Positions 1-9,507 of a stretch of 64,000 nucleotides of DNA are shown here, piece after piece. The notes below the pieces were generated by a model. The model was not told the DNA's origin. It was given only the letters and a program-made list of their open reading frames with translations, and made no database searches. A program made the position numbers and the translations under genes. This stretch comes from Gammaproteobacteria bacterium. GTDB lineage: Bacteria; Pseudomonadota; Gammaproteobacteria; Eutrophobiales; Eutrophobiaceae. Each line of letters opens with the position of its first letter. Within the stretch, counting starts at the first letter, position 1. The stretch covers positions 2,381,826 to 2,445,825 of the forward strand of contig OZ242169.1 of the NCBI GenBank assembly GCA_965205405.1, given 5' to 3'.

Positions 1-1681
1 AAATGCCTGATAATCGTCATAGTCGTAGTAAAAACCAGAGGCATTGAGACGCATACCCGCTTCCGGAAACGACTTCTTGAACCCGATTTCGTAGGCGTGC
101 AACACTTCTTCATCATGACGCAGACGCCCGACCGGGGTTATAAAAAGTGTGTAGCTTCCTCCCTTGATGCCCCGATTGAAAGAGGCATAGGCCAGGAAAT
201 CCTCATTGGGCTTCCAGTCCAGTTGCAGGCGCACCGCGAAATCGCCGTAATCTATGTCGGGCGCCAGCGTTGGATCCGCTTCCGTATCAAGAAAAATCGT
301 TCCTGCCGGAAAGTCCAATCCGGGAAACAGACCAAATTCAGCGCCACCACCATCAGTAAAATTGATCAGGTCTATACTCTTGTCATCCTGGCTGAAACGA
401 AGGCCGCCAATAAAGGTTAGTTCACTGGTCAGGTCGTACTCGGCCTGGCCGAAAACTGACCAGTTTTGTGAATCCATTGTCCATTCGTTGGCTATCCTGC
501 CATCCGGCACACCGGTGACAAAAATCCCGCCGACGAAATCCCCACCTTCAATGTCCACATCCATGTAATAGGCGCCGAGTTGCCAGCGCAATCGGTCATA
601 GTCACCAGACAGCCTCGCCTCCTGGGTAATCTGCTCTGTTTCAGCAACCGGATTGTAAGGAAAATCAGGGACAAAACCACCACCGGCATCTTCCAGATAG
701 TCCTTGAAAATGTCAGTCCAGCTCGTAATGGAGACAAATTCCAGATTGTCATTTATCTGCCAGGTCATTTTTCCGATGACAGAAGTCACATCGCGAGTGA
801 TACCGCCTTCCAGGTAGTTCGCATGTTTGTGGACATCACCGGTAATCGGTGACTGTTCCGGTTCTGCACCGAAACCAGTGGCCGGGTCCGGTGAAGCCGG
901 ATAAACAACGTAACCTCCGGTGGGCGCGTCATTGTCTTCGGTTCGGGAAACCCTTAAATCGATGAGCACGTCTTCAGACGCATCCCATTGCAGAGCGCCC
1001 CTGATTGAAAAACCATCTTTACCGTTAGTATCCCGGACACCTGGACGAATGGATTCGGTATATCCGTCTGCTTTCTCCCAACGACCTGCAACTCTGGCTC
1101 GCAATGTTGGCGACAGTGCACCCCCCACCGCACCTTCAAAAGTATAGTTATCATATTCGGCAAAACCGGCCTTGAAATAACCGTTGAATTCTTCCTCATC
1201 CGGCGCATTGGTTAAATAGTGGATCACGCCACCCGTCGCATTCCGGCCGATGAGGGCCACGCAATACTTCTACCCGTTCCAGGTCATAGGCTTGCTGCCC
1301 CAGGCCGTTGGTCGAGGACATATAGGCATCATCGATATAGACGGCGATTGGCGCTTCTACCGAATCGAGGAAGGTATTTTGCGAAACGCCGCGCAGATTA
1401 AAGTAAATGTTCCCCGGGTTGTAAGTAAACAATTGCAGGCCGGGGACCTGGTAAACGATATCAACCGTATTGGTCACACCCATTTTTTCCAGTTGCTCTC
1501 CGGAAAACGCAGCGATTGAAATACCTACGTCCTGCAGGCTTTGTTCACGTTTCTGTGCCGTGACAGTAATTTCTTCCAGTATCTGCGCACTTGCAGCATT
1601 CGAAAAAGACAGGATGATGCTTGAACCAAGCAACGAGATAAATATCCATCTGTAAAGTTGATTAAATATGTGCATTTTCAT
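1..1681 (-). pseudogene. TonB-dependent receptor, 3' end off-window, frameshifted near 1236-1250
   Basis: The 1196..1681 ORF gives a signal peptide and plug ending RVEVLRGP, then nonsense. The rest of the barrel reads stop-free in another frame from about 1237 to position 1 (RNATGGVIHY...GFYYDYDDYQAF). About 11 nt are missing in the conserved RGPQGTLYG region. Confidence 0.55.
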
Positions 1682-1782
1682 TGTCCCCTCGTCATCTCAG
1701 GCTGAGATTGTGTGAGTATGATAATATCTAGTTGGTCAGTTGACAAATATTATACGAGACTTAAACTTTTATCAATATCTCA

Positions 1783-2427
1783 ATGCGAGCCTCAGATCAG
1801 AAATCTCCTAAGATTACTGCAAAGTCAACAGCAGCGAGCAGTAATAAAGGCAGGAAACGTATCAAAGAAATCATGGAAGCCTGCAAGACCGTTCTGATTG
1901 ACAAAGGCTATACTCAATTTTCCTTGCGTAATATCGCCAGGGAAGCCGGCATCCACCTCAGTAATCTCCAATACTACTTCCGTACCAGGGAAGAATTAAT
2001 CAAGGCACTGATCGATTACAACAGCCAGTCCTATTCCCAAAAATACACGGATGCGTTTGCAACACTGCCGACTACGCCTCATCTCAGGTTTCTAGCAGTC
2101 ATTGACTACCTCATCGAAGATATCAGGGACCCACTGACAAGACGTTTCTTTATTCAGTTCTGGGCCTTGCTCGATGCTTCCGGCGCACATACCGAGAGAT
2201 TGTTGAATGACATGTATGCACCGCATATTCAATCGCTTAATGAACATATTGCAGAACTCAATCCATCATTATCTCCCGGGGTGAGGCAGCAACGGGCAGC
2301 AATGATTGCCTCCATGATAGAAGGCATGATGCTGATGCTGGAAGAAGCAGATAATGATCTCAGGGAAGGCGACGCCGGTATTGAAACGGAAATGCGAAAA
2401 CAAATCATCCGAATTGCAATGGATTAG
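1783..2427 (+). CDS. TetR family transcriptional regulator
   Basis: N-terminal TetR helix-turn-helix: CKTVLIDKGYTQFSLRNIAREAGIHLSNLQYYF. Length 214 aa. Confidence 0.8.
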   Translation: MRASDQKSPKITAKSTAASSNKGRKRIKEIMEACKTVLIDKGYTQFSLRNIAREAGIHLSNLQYYFRTREELIKALIDYNSQSYSQKYTDAFATLPTTPHLRFLAVIDYLIEDIRDPLTRRFFIQFWALLDASGAHTERLLNDMYAPHIQSLNEHIAELNPSLSPGVRQQRAAMIASMIEGMMLMLEEADNDLREGDAGIETEMRKQIIRIAMD

Positions 2428-2746
2428 TGGATTAGGGGATTAGGGTCGGACCCACATAATCCACATAACCAACTGTTTTACCTCAGTTTATTATCCATTT
2501 TTGGCAATTATTCCCTCTTAAAACCCCCGTTTTGCTATGAAAATGGAGACTGTAAGTTACAAGGTCTTCCTTGATGGTATTTCCTAAAGGGATTAGGGTC
2601 AGACCTACATAATCTACATAACCACCTGTTTTACCTCAGTTTATTTTCCAATCATGGGAATTATATCCTCTTAAAACCCTCATTTTGCTATGAAAATGGA
2701 GATTGTAAGTTACAAGGTCTTCCTTGATGGTATTTCTCTCCTGATA
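2424..2746. repeat. Two tandem ~155-bp units; unit 2 carries the real 3' end of the transposase gene, unit 1 is a diverged duplicate
   Basis: 2424-2588 and 2589-2745 align at about 88% identity. Both contain a GGGTC(A/G)GACC motif. The reverse complement of unit 1 encodes a diverged copy of the transposase C-terminus. Confidence 0.7.
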
Positions 2747-3421
2747 CATTGCATCCGGCTTATGCTGTGCCTTAGCTGCCAGTGATGACTTTACCCCTTC
2801 AATAAACCGGTCACTTCCAATCGCGATGCTGGTGGACCATTTTTCCTCTTTCCTGGATGGCATCCCCTGTAATCCTTGTTCTACCCATTCACGGAGATGT
2901 CTCTGTAAATCTGATAACGAGGGGGCGCCACACAATGCCACTAATGTCGGTAGGTCAATAATGCGGTAACGCAGGGGGGGTGACTGGATTTCCCGATATC
3001 CGCCATGAACCCAGTGTTCAGGATGACGCACCACCCCCGCCCTGACCATATTCAGGTCAATATAAGTAAGACATTGAAATAAGTGGCTGTCTGCGGCAAT
3101 AGCCGTGGCATGATAGCGGTCTTCCCAATAGGCCCCCTTGCGACCTTTGCGGTTGTTATACTCCTGCCCGGTTCGACCTGCAATCAGTTGCAGACTCTTA
3201 GGAATTACAGACTCACCGGTATCTTTCACCAGCAAATGAATATGATTCGACGTTACCACATAATTCAGCACAGATAATCCATAACGCCGCTTTGCCTGAA
3301 ACAGCCAATACAACCAACGCTGACGGTCTTTAGCAAACTTAAGTAAGAATTCTTTCTTATGACACCGGTGAGTGATGTGCCAGATGTGCCCCTGTAAAAA
3401 GATACGATTAGCTCTAGGCAT
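2636..3421 (-). CDS. IS200/IS605-family Y1 (HUH) transposase, REP-associated tyrosine transposase (RAYT)-like
   Basis: MPRANRIFLQGHIWHITHRCH...SNHIHLLVK matches the RAYT/TnpA-IS200 N-terminus and HxH motif. Length 261 aa. Confidence 0.7.
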   Translation of the reverse strand: MPRANRIFLQGHIWHITHRCHKKEFLLKFAKDRQRWLYWLFQAKRRYGLSVLNYVVTSNHIHLLVKDTGESVIPKSLQLIAGRTGQEYNNRKGRKGAYWEDRYHATAIAADSHLFQCLTYIDLNMVRAGVVRHPEHWVHGGYREIQSPPLRYRIIDLPTLVALCGAPSLSDLQRHLREWVEQGLQGMPSRKEEKWSTSIAIGSDRFIEGVKSSLAAKAQHKPDAMYQERNTIKEDLVTYNLHFHSKMRVLRGYNSHDWKIN

Positions 3422-3479
3422 GACGCTTCCTCCTTAAAGTCCTGTTTTAATCCATAAAAAACGCAGTTTAACCGCTTTA

Positions 3480-3812
3480 TAGCATTCTTATCTAGATAGT
3501 TTACCTTAATTATCAGTAAGTTGTGTCAGTTTGAACTGGTCTGACCCCATCCTCAATCCTCCTCCTGCATCCTGCATCCTGCACCAGATATGGCCCGGTA
3601 AAAAGATACGATTTGCTCTGGGCATGAAGCTTCCTCCTTAAAGTCCTGTTTTAACCCACAAAAAACGCAGTTTAACAGCTAAATAGCCTGCGTATCAAGA
3701 TATATTATCTTTATTATCAGTAAGTTGTCTCAGATTGAGCTGGTCCGACCCGATCCCTCGATCCTCGATTATCAGTAAGTTGTGTCAGATTAGGCTGGTC
3801 TGACCCGATTCT
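3480..3812. repeat. Reiterated transposase 5' flank: partial second copy of the gene start plus upstream (about 3590-3690) and three copies of an ATTATCAGTAAGTTGTGTCAG...CTGGTCTGACCC motif
   Basis: 3385-3480 and 3593-3690 are about 90% identical. The ~40-bp motif occurs at about 3513-3552, 3712-3757 and 3768-3812. The last copy overlaps the 3' end of the AraC gene. Confidence 0.6.
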
Positions 3813-4783
3813 TCGTTCATCTTCTCGCGAAAGGCGCTGGGGGACATGGCATATTGCTGTTTGAAACGTTTGTTGAAATGGGCGGAGTCCTGGAAGCCCC
3901 AGTAAAAGGCGATGTCGGAGATTTTTCTGTTTTTCATGTGGGGGTTCAACAGGTCGCGCGCACAGAAATCCAGGCGCCGGCGAAAAATGTATTGCTTGAC
4001 TGTATCATCGTCTGGGTCAGCATTGAATAACCAGTGCAGGTAGCGGCAAGACATGCCGCCCGCTTTTGCGATCATGATCGGAGACAGGTCCGGGTCACGA
4101 ATATTGGCCTTGATATACTCCTTGATATGATACAACTGGGTAACTCGCAGAGGTATTGGATCATCAGCGCTTCCCATTTCCAGGGCGTTGACCAGCACGC
4201 CGATGGTCGCGTCAATCAACGCGTAGTTGTCCTTGCAGCCGCCGTCGAATACCGACTCGCGTAATGATTTAACGTGATTGGTCAACAACAGGCCGCTGTT
4301 TGACTGCCCATCCAGGGCGTGCCGGATCGAGAACCAGGATCGAGGCAGCCAGGATTGAAAGCGCGGCAAGGGCAGTACCACGGAGATTTTGTGTAACCGG
4401 TCCTGGACCTGAAAGGACATGGGCTTGGTGCTGTCCCAGATCAGGAGATCGCCCTGTTTCAACAGGATATCCTCGCCGTTGAAGTTAATATACTCACGGC
4501 CCTGGAGTACGGCTTGGATGGTCAGGGTCTCAAGGCCGTCTGCCCGGATATTGGCGCGGGTACGGGTCGCACCACAAGGGTCACAAGTGCATTCAATGAC
4601 TTTCAGGGTCGCATCGTCATAATGCTTGACGGTACTGAAGAAGTCAGACGTCACCGGTTTATCCATTTCCCAGTGACCATAGGCCTCGTTCAGTACGCTC
4701 GTCCAGGCATCGAACCGGTCACTCTTCGCCAGTCCACTTGTCGTCCAGGTATTGACGAACGATTGGGTAATATTATCGCTCAC
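3785..4783 (-). CDS. AraC family transcriptional regulator
   Basis: C-terminal AraC helix-turn-helix: IAKAGGMSCRYLHWLF...DIAFYWGFQDSAHFNKRFKQQYAMSPSAFR. Confidence 0.8.
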   Translation of the reverse strand: MSDNITQSFVNTWTTSGLAKSDRFDAWTSVLNEAYGHWEMDKPVTSDFFSTVKHYDDATLKVIECTCDPCGATRTRANIRADGLETLTIQAVLQGREYINFNGEDILLKQGDLLIWDSTKPMSFQVQDRLHKISVVLPLPRFQSWLPRSWFSIRHALDGQSNSGLLLTNHVKSLRESVFDGGCKDNYALIDATIGVLVNALEMGSADDPIPLRVTQLYHIKEYIKANIRDPDLSPIMIAKAGGMSCRYLHWLFNADPDDDTVKQYIFRRRLDFCARDLLNPHMKNRKISDIAFYWGFQDSAHFNKRFKQQYAMSPSAFREKMNEESGQTSLI

Positions 4784-5120
4784 TGCCCTCTCTAGCCGCC
4801 TACCTTACCAACACATGCGACGACCATATCTAACGGTAAAGTATACGGGCTTGTGTGTTTTCAACAACACCAATCAGGTGGTAATTTAACGATAAAAATG
4901 AGTTTGCATCATACCGCCAAAACTTACCGATACCCCCAAAGTGTAGACTGTTTTCGCTCAAAACCAAGTTGATTTGCGCAATTATCAAAGATTTAGCCTG
5001 TAATTTCCTCAAGAATCCGCCTCTATCGTAGCGTTTGCACGTCCAGACAGGTTCAGTTTCGCCAGGGAACAAGTTACTTTCAGCGATATCCGGTATATTT
5101 CCATTGTTAAAATACAACAA

Positions 5121-5209
5121 GGATATTTGGGGTCAGAGTAAAAATACAGGCAATCAGGTAGATGATGCCGGTTTGCTGTTGAGTATTTTTACTCTGACCC
5201 CAAATATCC
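5121..5209. repeat. Palindromic MITE/REPIN-like element, copy 1
   Basis: GGATATTTGGGGTCAGAGTAAAAATAC, a 37-nt spacer, then GTATTTTTACTCTGACCCCAAATATCC. Intergenic. Confidence 0.85.
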
Positions 5210-5226
5210 GCAAAGGGGGAAAGTAA

Positions 5227-7571
5227 ATGAACAGACATTTATCAGACGATCAGCAATCAGCCGGGGCAGTCTCCTGGATCGCTATTCACTGTGGAATAAG
5301 CATGTGTACAGGTTCGGTTCTCGGATCGGCATTGCTTGCACTGGCAATATTGGCCGCGCCGGTTGGCGCCTTGTTGACGAGCCAGGCCGTAATGGCGCAA
5401 GGGGATACGCTGCTTGAGGAGATTATCGTCACGGCACGCAAGCGGGAAGAGAACGTCTTGGAGATACCGGAATCCCTCACCACATTTACCGGAGATATGG
5501 TGGAGAGTGCCAATATAAACGGTCTGGAGGATATCGGACTGCTCGTGCCCAACCTCTGGATGAGCAGGCGCCTGGACGGTTTCCCCAACGTCTCCATTCG
5601 CGGCCTGGGTGCATTCGGCAATACCCAGGGGGTCGGCTTTTACCTGGATGATGTGCAGTTGTTCGGGGATGCTTCGTCCCGTTTCGGCAATTTCGAGCGT
5701 ATCGAGGTGCTGAAAGGACCGCAAGGCATCCTGTATGGCGGTTCCAATATCGGCGGGGCGATCAAATTTGTTACCAAACGGCCGGACCCGGAGGCATTCT
5801 CGGGCCGCGTAAAAGCCCAGGCCGGTGAAGACAATTACTATGACGGCGAGATCCAGTTGAATGTGCCGCTGGGCGCGGACTGGGCATTGCGTCTGTTTGG
5901 TTTTGCCATGACGGATGATTCGTTCCTCACCAACCCGAATTCCCCGCGCCTGAACGGCGGCGTCCCGAACAATGATCCGGACGTAGGAAAAACGGAGAAA
6001 TACGGCGTGCGCGCGGCCCTGGCCGGCAACATCAGCGAACGACTTTCGGTCTACGCTACCCTGCGTTACAACGAACTCGACGGACCCAACAATATCTGGA
6101 ACAGGGAATTGAGCAGTAACCTCACCCACACCAATGTCGTGGACACCAGTTACAACCCGCGCCACAAACGGGAAACGGTCGGGTCAGCCTGGAACTGGCC
6201 TACGATTTCGACAACTTCACCGCCACGTCCACTACCTCGTATACCGACACGGAGTCGGACCGGCAGACCGACCTGGATACCTCCCAGGAGTTCGCCCTTG
6301 ACCTGTTTCGTCCGTGGCCCCTCGAGGTATGGACCCAGGAATTGCGCTTTACGTCCACGAGTGACAGCCCCCTTGCAATGGCAGGCCGGGGCGTACTACC
6401 TGGACTACCAGAGGGATTACGAAGCGGACCTTTTTATCCCCTATGGTTTCTGCTTCTTCCTGGATACTTAGTTGCAATCCCAACCCGGATGATCCGATCC
6501 CGTTCCCACCGATTGACGTGGAGTCTCCAGAAGGTCTGTTCGGTGGCCTTCCTTTCGAGCACAGTGATCGGGGACGGGAACAGATTGCCGGCTATGCCAA
6601 CGTGAGCTACCGTTTCAATAACGTGGAGATAGCCGGCGGCGTGCGGGTGGATAACTGGAAAAGCGAGCGGACCAACTACCGATTTAGCGCCCATCCCCGG
6701 CGGCATCTATCCGGCCGGCAGGAGGAGACCGAGGTGTTAGGGCGCGGTTCAATAGCAATGTTCTTCGATGATGATCGGTCCATGGTGTACGGAACCGTCT
6801 CCCAGGGTTTCGAGCCGGGCGATTTCAACTGTTGTGGACAAGACTTTGTAGCCTGCAGGTTTCGAACCGGAAGAGGCGACGCAATACGAACTCGGCTACA
6901 AGGGGCGGTTGCTGGGTGACCGCCTGATATTGACCCTGGCCGGTTTCTTCATCGACTACGATAGGACCGCCAGTTCGAACTCCAGAGGACCGACCCGGTT
7001 ACCAATACGGTCATTGAGAATATAATCAATGTCGGTGATTCCGAGCAATGGGGTCTGGAGGGTGATATGGTCCTGTCGATGCATGAGAATTGGACCCTGT
7101 CTGCCGGTTTCGGCTATGTGGATGCGGAGTGGGACGATGGTACGTTGTTCGCCCCTAACGGGTATCGACCTGTCGGGAATGACGCCGCCCAACACTGTCG
7201 ACTGGAGCGCCACCGCGGCGCTGGATTACGACCAGCAGGTGAATGGTGATATGCGCCTGTTCGGGCGCTTGCAGTTGCGTTACAAGGGGGAGGCTTCCAC
7301 CAACGCCCAGTTCAAGGACACTCCCGGGGATGATTTTCCAATCTGGGAAAACCCCTGATTTTACCGTCGTTGACCTGGGCGCCGGGGTGGAGTGGAATAA
7401 CTGGGAGTTCGGCATTCACGTAGAGAACCTGTTCGACGAGGACTATTACATCGACGTGCAGGAGTTCCCGAACTTCGCCGGTTCGGCGCTGCCGGGTGCC
7501 AACCAGACATCATCATCGGCACCCTGGAGCAGCCGCGCCGCGTTGTCGGTTCGGTACAGTACCACTTCTGA
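5227..7571 (+). pseudogene. TonB-dependent receptor with at least 8 frameshifts
   Basis: Plug and barrel motifs are recognisable across four reading frames: EIIVTARKRE, RIEVLKGPQGILYGG, LELAYDFDNFTATS, QWQAGAYYLDYQ, GLEGDMVLSMHENW and the C-terminal VVGSVQYHF. Shifts include an extra C in a C5 run near 6386 and a 2-nt insertion near 6960. Confidence 0.65.
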
Positions 7572-7614
7572 CAGGATACGATTCACTGTACGCGCTTACC
7601 GCCTGGAGAAAGCT

Positions 7615-8073
7615 ATGGCACTACCACAAGACATCAGTCCCGTTAACAGCGAACTGATGGATTCGCTGTGCAAAACCGGGGATATGGACTGGATTCCAAT
7701 GGAAGCGGACCCCGAGCGGGGGTTCATGAAGGTCCTGTGGACAGGACCGGAGACCGGCGCCTGGGCCGCGCTGTTTCGCTGGTATAAGGGCTACGTGGCG
7801 CCGCCCCATAAGCACCTGAGTCCGGCCCATGTGTATGTCCTGTCGGGGAAGTTACAGGTGCGCGACGGTATACTCGAAGCGGGTGATTACGTGTATGAAC
7901 CGAACGGCATGGTCCACGGCGCCACCACGGCCCTGGAGGATACCGTCTACCTGTTTATCTGTAACGGGCCGGTCCTTTTCTTCGATGATGACAACTTCAC
8001 CAGTTACCTGGGTTGGGAAGAGCTGCGACGTGTCCAGCAGGAATACGAAAATGCCGGGAATCCGGCGACGTAA
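7615..8073 (+). CDS. Cupin-domain protein (ChrR-like cupin / DUF4437 type)
   Basis: About 152 aa, cupin-like. Paralog of 8678..9139 (shared HxH...G.Y..P.G..H and FxDDD motifs). Confidence 0.55.
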   Translation: MALPQDISPVNSELMDSLCKTGDMDWIPMEADPERGFMKVLWTGPETGAWAALFRWYKGYVAPPHKHLSPAHVYVLSGKLQVRDGILEAGDYVYEPNGMVHGATTALEDTVYLFICNGPVLFFDDDNFTSYLGWEELRRVQQEYENAGNPAT

Positions 8074-8104
8074 GCGTAGTGAATAAAAATAAGGTGTTTG
8101 TTCA

Positions 8105-8641
8105 ATGAATGATACGGTTCAAGAGGGCGGCGTTACAGAGTCCCCTGAAACGGAAGGGTTTGTATTCAACCAGACCATGCTGCGTATCAAGGATCCGGAG
8201 CGATCCCTTGCGTTTTACCAGGACGTCCTGGGGATGACGCTGGTTAAGAAACTTGACTTCCCCGAGATGGAATTTTCGCTGTTCTTTATGGGATACGTCC
8301 GGCCGGAAGACGGCCCTATCCCGCAGGATCCGCTGGAGCGGACAGAATACACGTTTGAGCAGAAGGCGTTGCTGGAACTGACCCATAACTGGGGCACGGA
8401 GAATAACGAGACATTTGAAGGTTATCACAATGGTAACAACGACCCGCGCGGTTACGGCCATATCGGCTTGTCCGTTCCCGACGTTTATAGCGCTTGTAGC
8501 CGCTTCGAGGAATTAGGAGTAGAATTTGTCAAGCGGCCGGATGACGGCAAGATGAAAGGCATCGCTTTTATTAAAGATCCGGATGGATATTGGATTGAAA
8601 TTTTGGAAGCTGGAATATCGGCGGCTTTATGTAACCAGTAA
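8105..8641 (+). CDS. gloA: Lactoylglutathione lyase (glyoxalase I), long eukaryote-type GLO1
   Basis: [25 protein letters not shown]...ELTHNWGTE...[60 protein letters not shown] is close to human GLO1 (recalled, not searched). Confidence 0.9.
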   Translation: MNDTVQEGGVTESPETEGFVFNQTMLRIKDPERSLAFYQDVLGMTLVKKLDFPEMEFSLFFMGYVRPEDGPIPQDPLERTEYTFEQKALLELTHNWGTENNETFEGYHNGNNDPRGYGHIGLSVPDVYSACSRFEELGVEFVKRPDDGKMKGIAFIKDPDGYWIEILEAGISAALCNQ

Positions 8642-8677
8642 AAATCAAAAACCCTGAATAAATGAGGAGGTAACAGC

Positions 8678-9139
8678 ATGAATCCACAAAAGTATGAGCC
8701 TATCCCCGGCCGTTCGGTGCAACTTGACGAAATCGATTGGGTGGACTTTCCGGGACCGCTGAGCCAGGGCGGGATACGCTGGAAACTGTTGAACGTGGCG
8801 CCTGAACTCGGGTCCTGGGCAGCCATATACGATTGTCCGAAAGGTTCGTCTTTTGCGAGCCATGTTCATGTCGGCCCGGGGGAATATTTCCTGACCAAAG
8901 GCCACATGGAAGTCAGGGGGGGCTTGGACGAAGGCGGCATAAGTGTAAAAGCGCCCGCCTACGGTTACGAGGCCTGCCAGGCTTTTCATGGGTTGACAAA
9001 CTTTCTTGAAGACAGCGAGTTTTACATGACGTTTCTCGGACCCCTGAATTTTGTTGACGATGATGGTAATACCGTTGCCCTGGTGACATGGCAGACCGCT
9101 CAGGAAGCCTGGGACGCAGCTCAGACAGCAAAAGGCTGA
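8678..9139 (+). CDS. Cupin-domain protein, paralog of 7615..8073
   Basis: 153 aa. Motifs HVHVGPGEYFLTKGHMEV and FLGPLNFVDDDG parallel the upstream cupin. Confidence 0.55.
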   Translation: MNPQKYEPIPGRSVQLDEIDWVDFPGPLSQGGIRWKLLNVAPELGSWAAIYDCPKGSSFASHVHVGPGEYFLTKGHMEVRGGLDEGGISVKAPAYGYEACQAFHGLTNFLEDSEFYMTFLGPLNFVDDDGNTVALVTWQTAQEAWDAAQTAKG

Positions 9140-9230
9140 GAAGCCGTTTCCATTTTCCCGCCATTCCCGCGCAACGGGGAATGGCGGGGAAAGGTCTGTA
9201 AGGACCACCCTTCCGTCATTTCCACGAACA

Positions 9231-9318
9231 ATATGTTTGGGGTCAGAGTAAAAATACAGATAATCTGGTAGAGGGTGCCGGTTTATTGTTGAGTATTTTT
9301 ACTCTGACCCCAAATATC
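9231..9318. repeat. Palindromic MITE/REPIN-like element, copy 2
   Basis: Same 27-bp inverted arms as copy 1. The spacer keeps the AATC.GGTAGA...GCCGG core. Confidence 0.85.
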
Positions 9319-9507
9319 TATCAGGCTGGATCAAGCCCGGAATGACGAACTGCCGGCATTCCCCCATCATACGGGCATCCGCTGGTGCCGCAGTATTCCG
9401 TAATGACGTGATTTGACTAATCTCGGTCGTTCCTGGGATAATCGCCTGTATTCCCCGCTGCTTAAGATGCGTGTGTAATTATCATCTCCCATCAGGAACA
9501 GAAAACC

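Noticed and set aside
97-852. Plus-strand ORFs 97..420, 254..568 and 580..852
   Set aside because: They are antisense to a clearly readable TonB-dependent receptor barrel on the minus strand and have no recognisable motifs.
2424-2746. Possible CRISPR array (tandem repeats)
   Set aside because: Only two ~155-bp units exist, with no short repeat-spacer periodicity. The units are fragments of the transposase gene. The same reasoning applies to 48290-48412.
5035-5226. 63-aa ORF overlapping MITE copy 1 (and the similar ORF 63181..63441 over copy 7)
   Set aside because: The reading frames run through the palindromic repeat arms. The same element is non-coding at five other sites.
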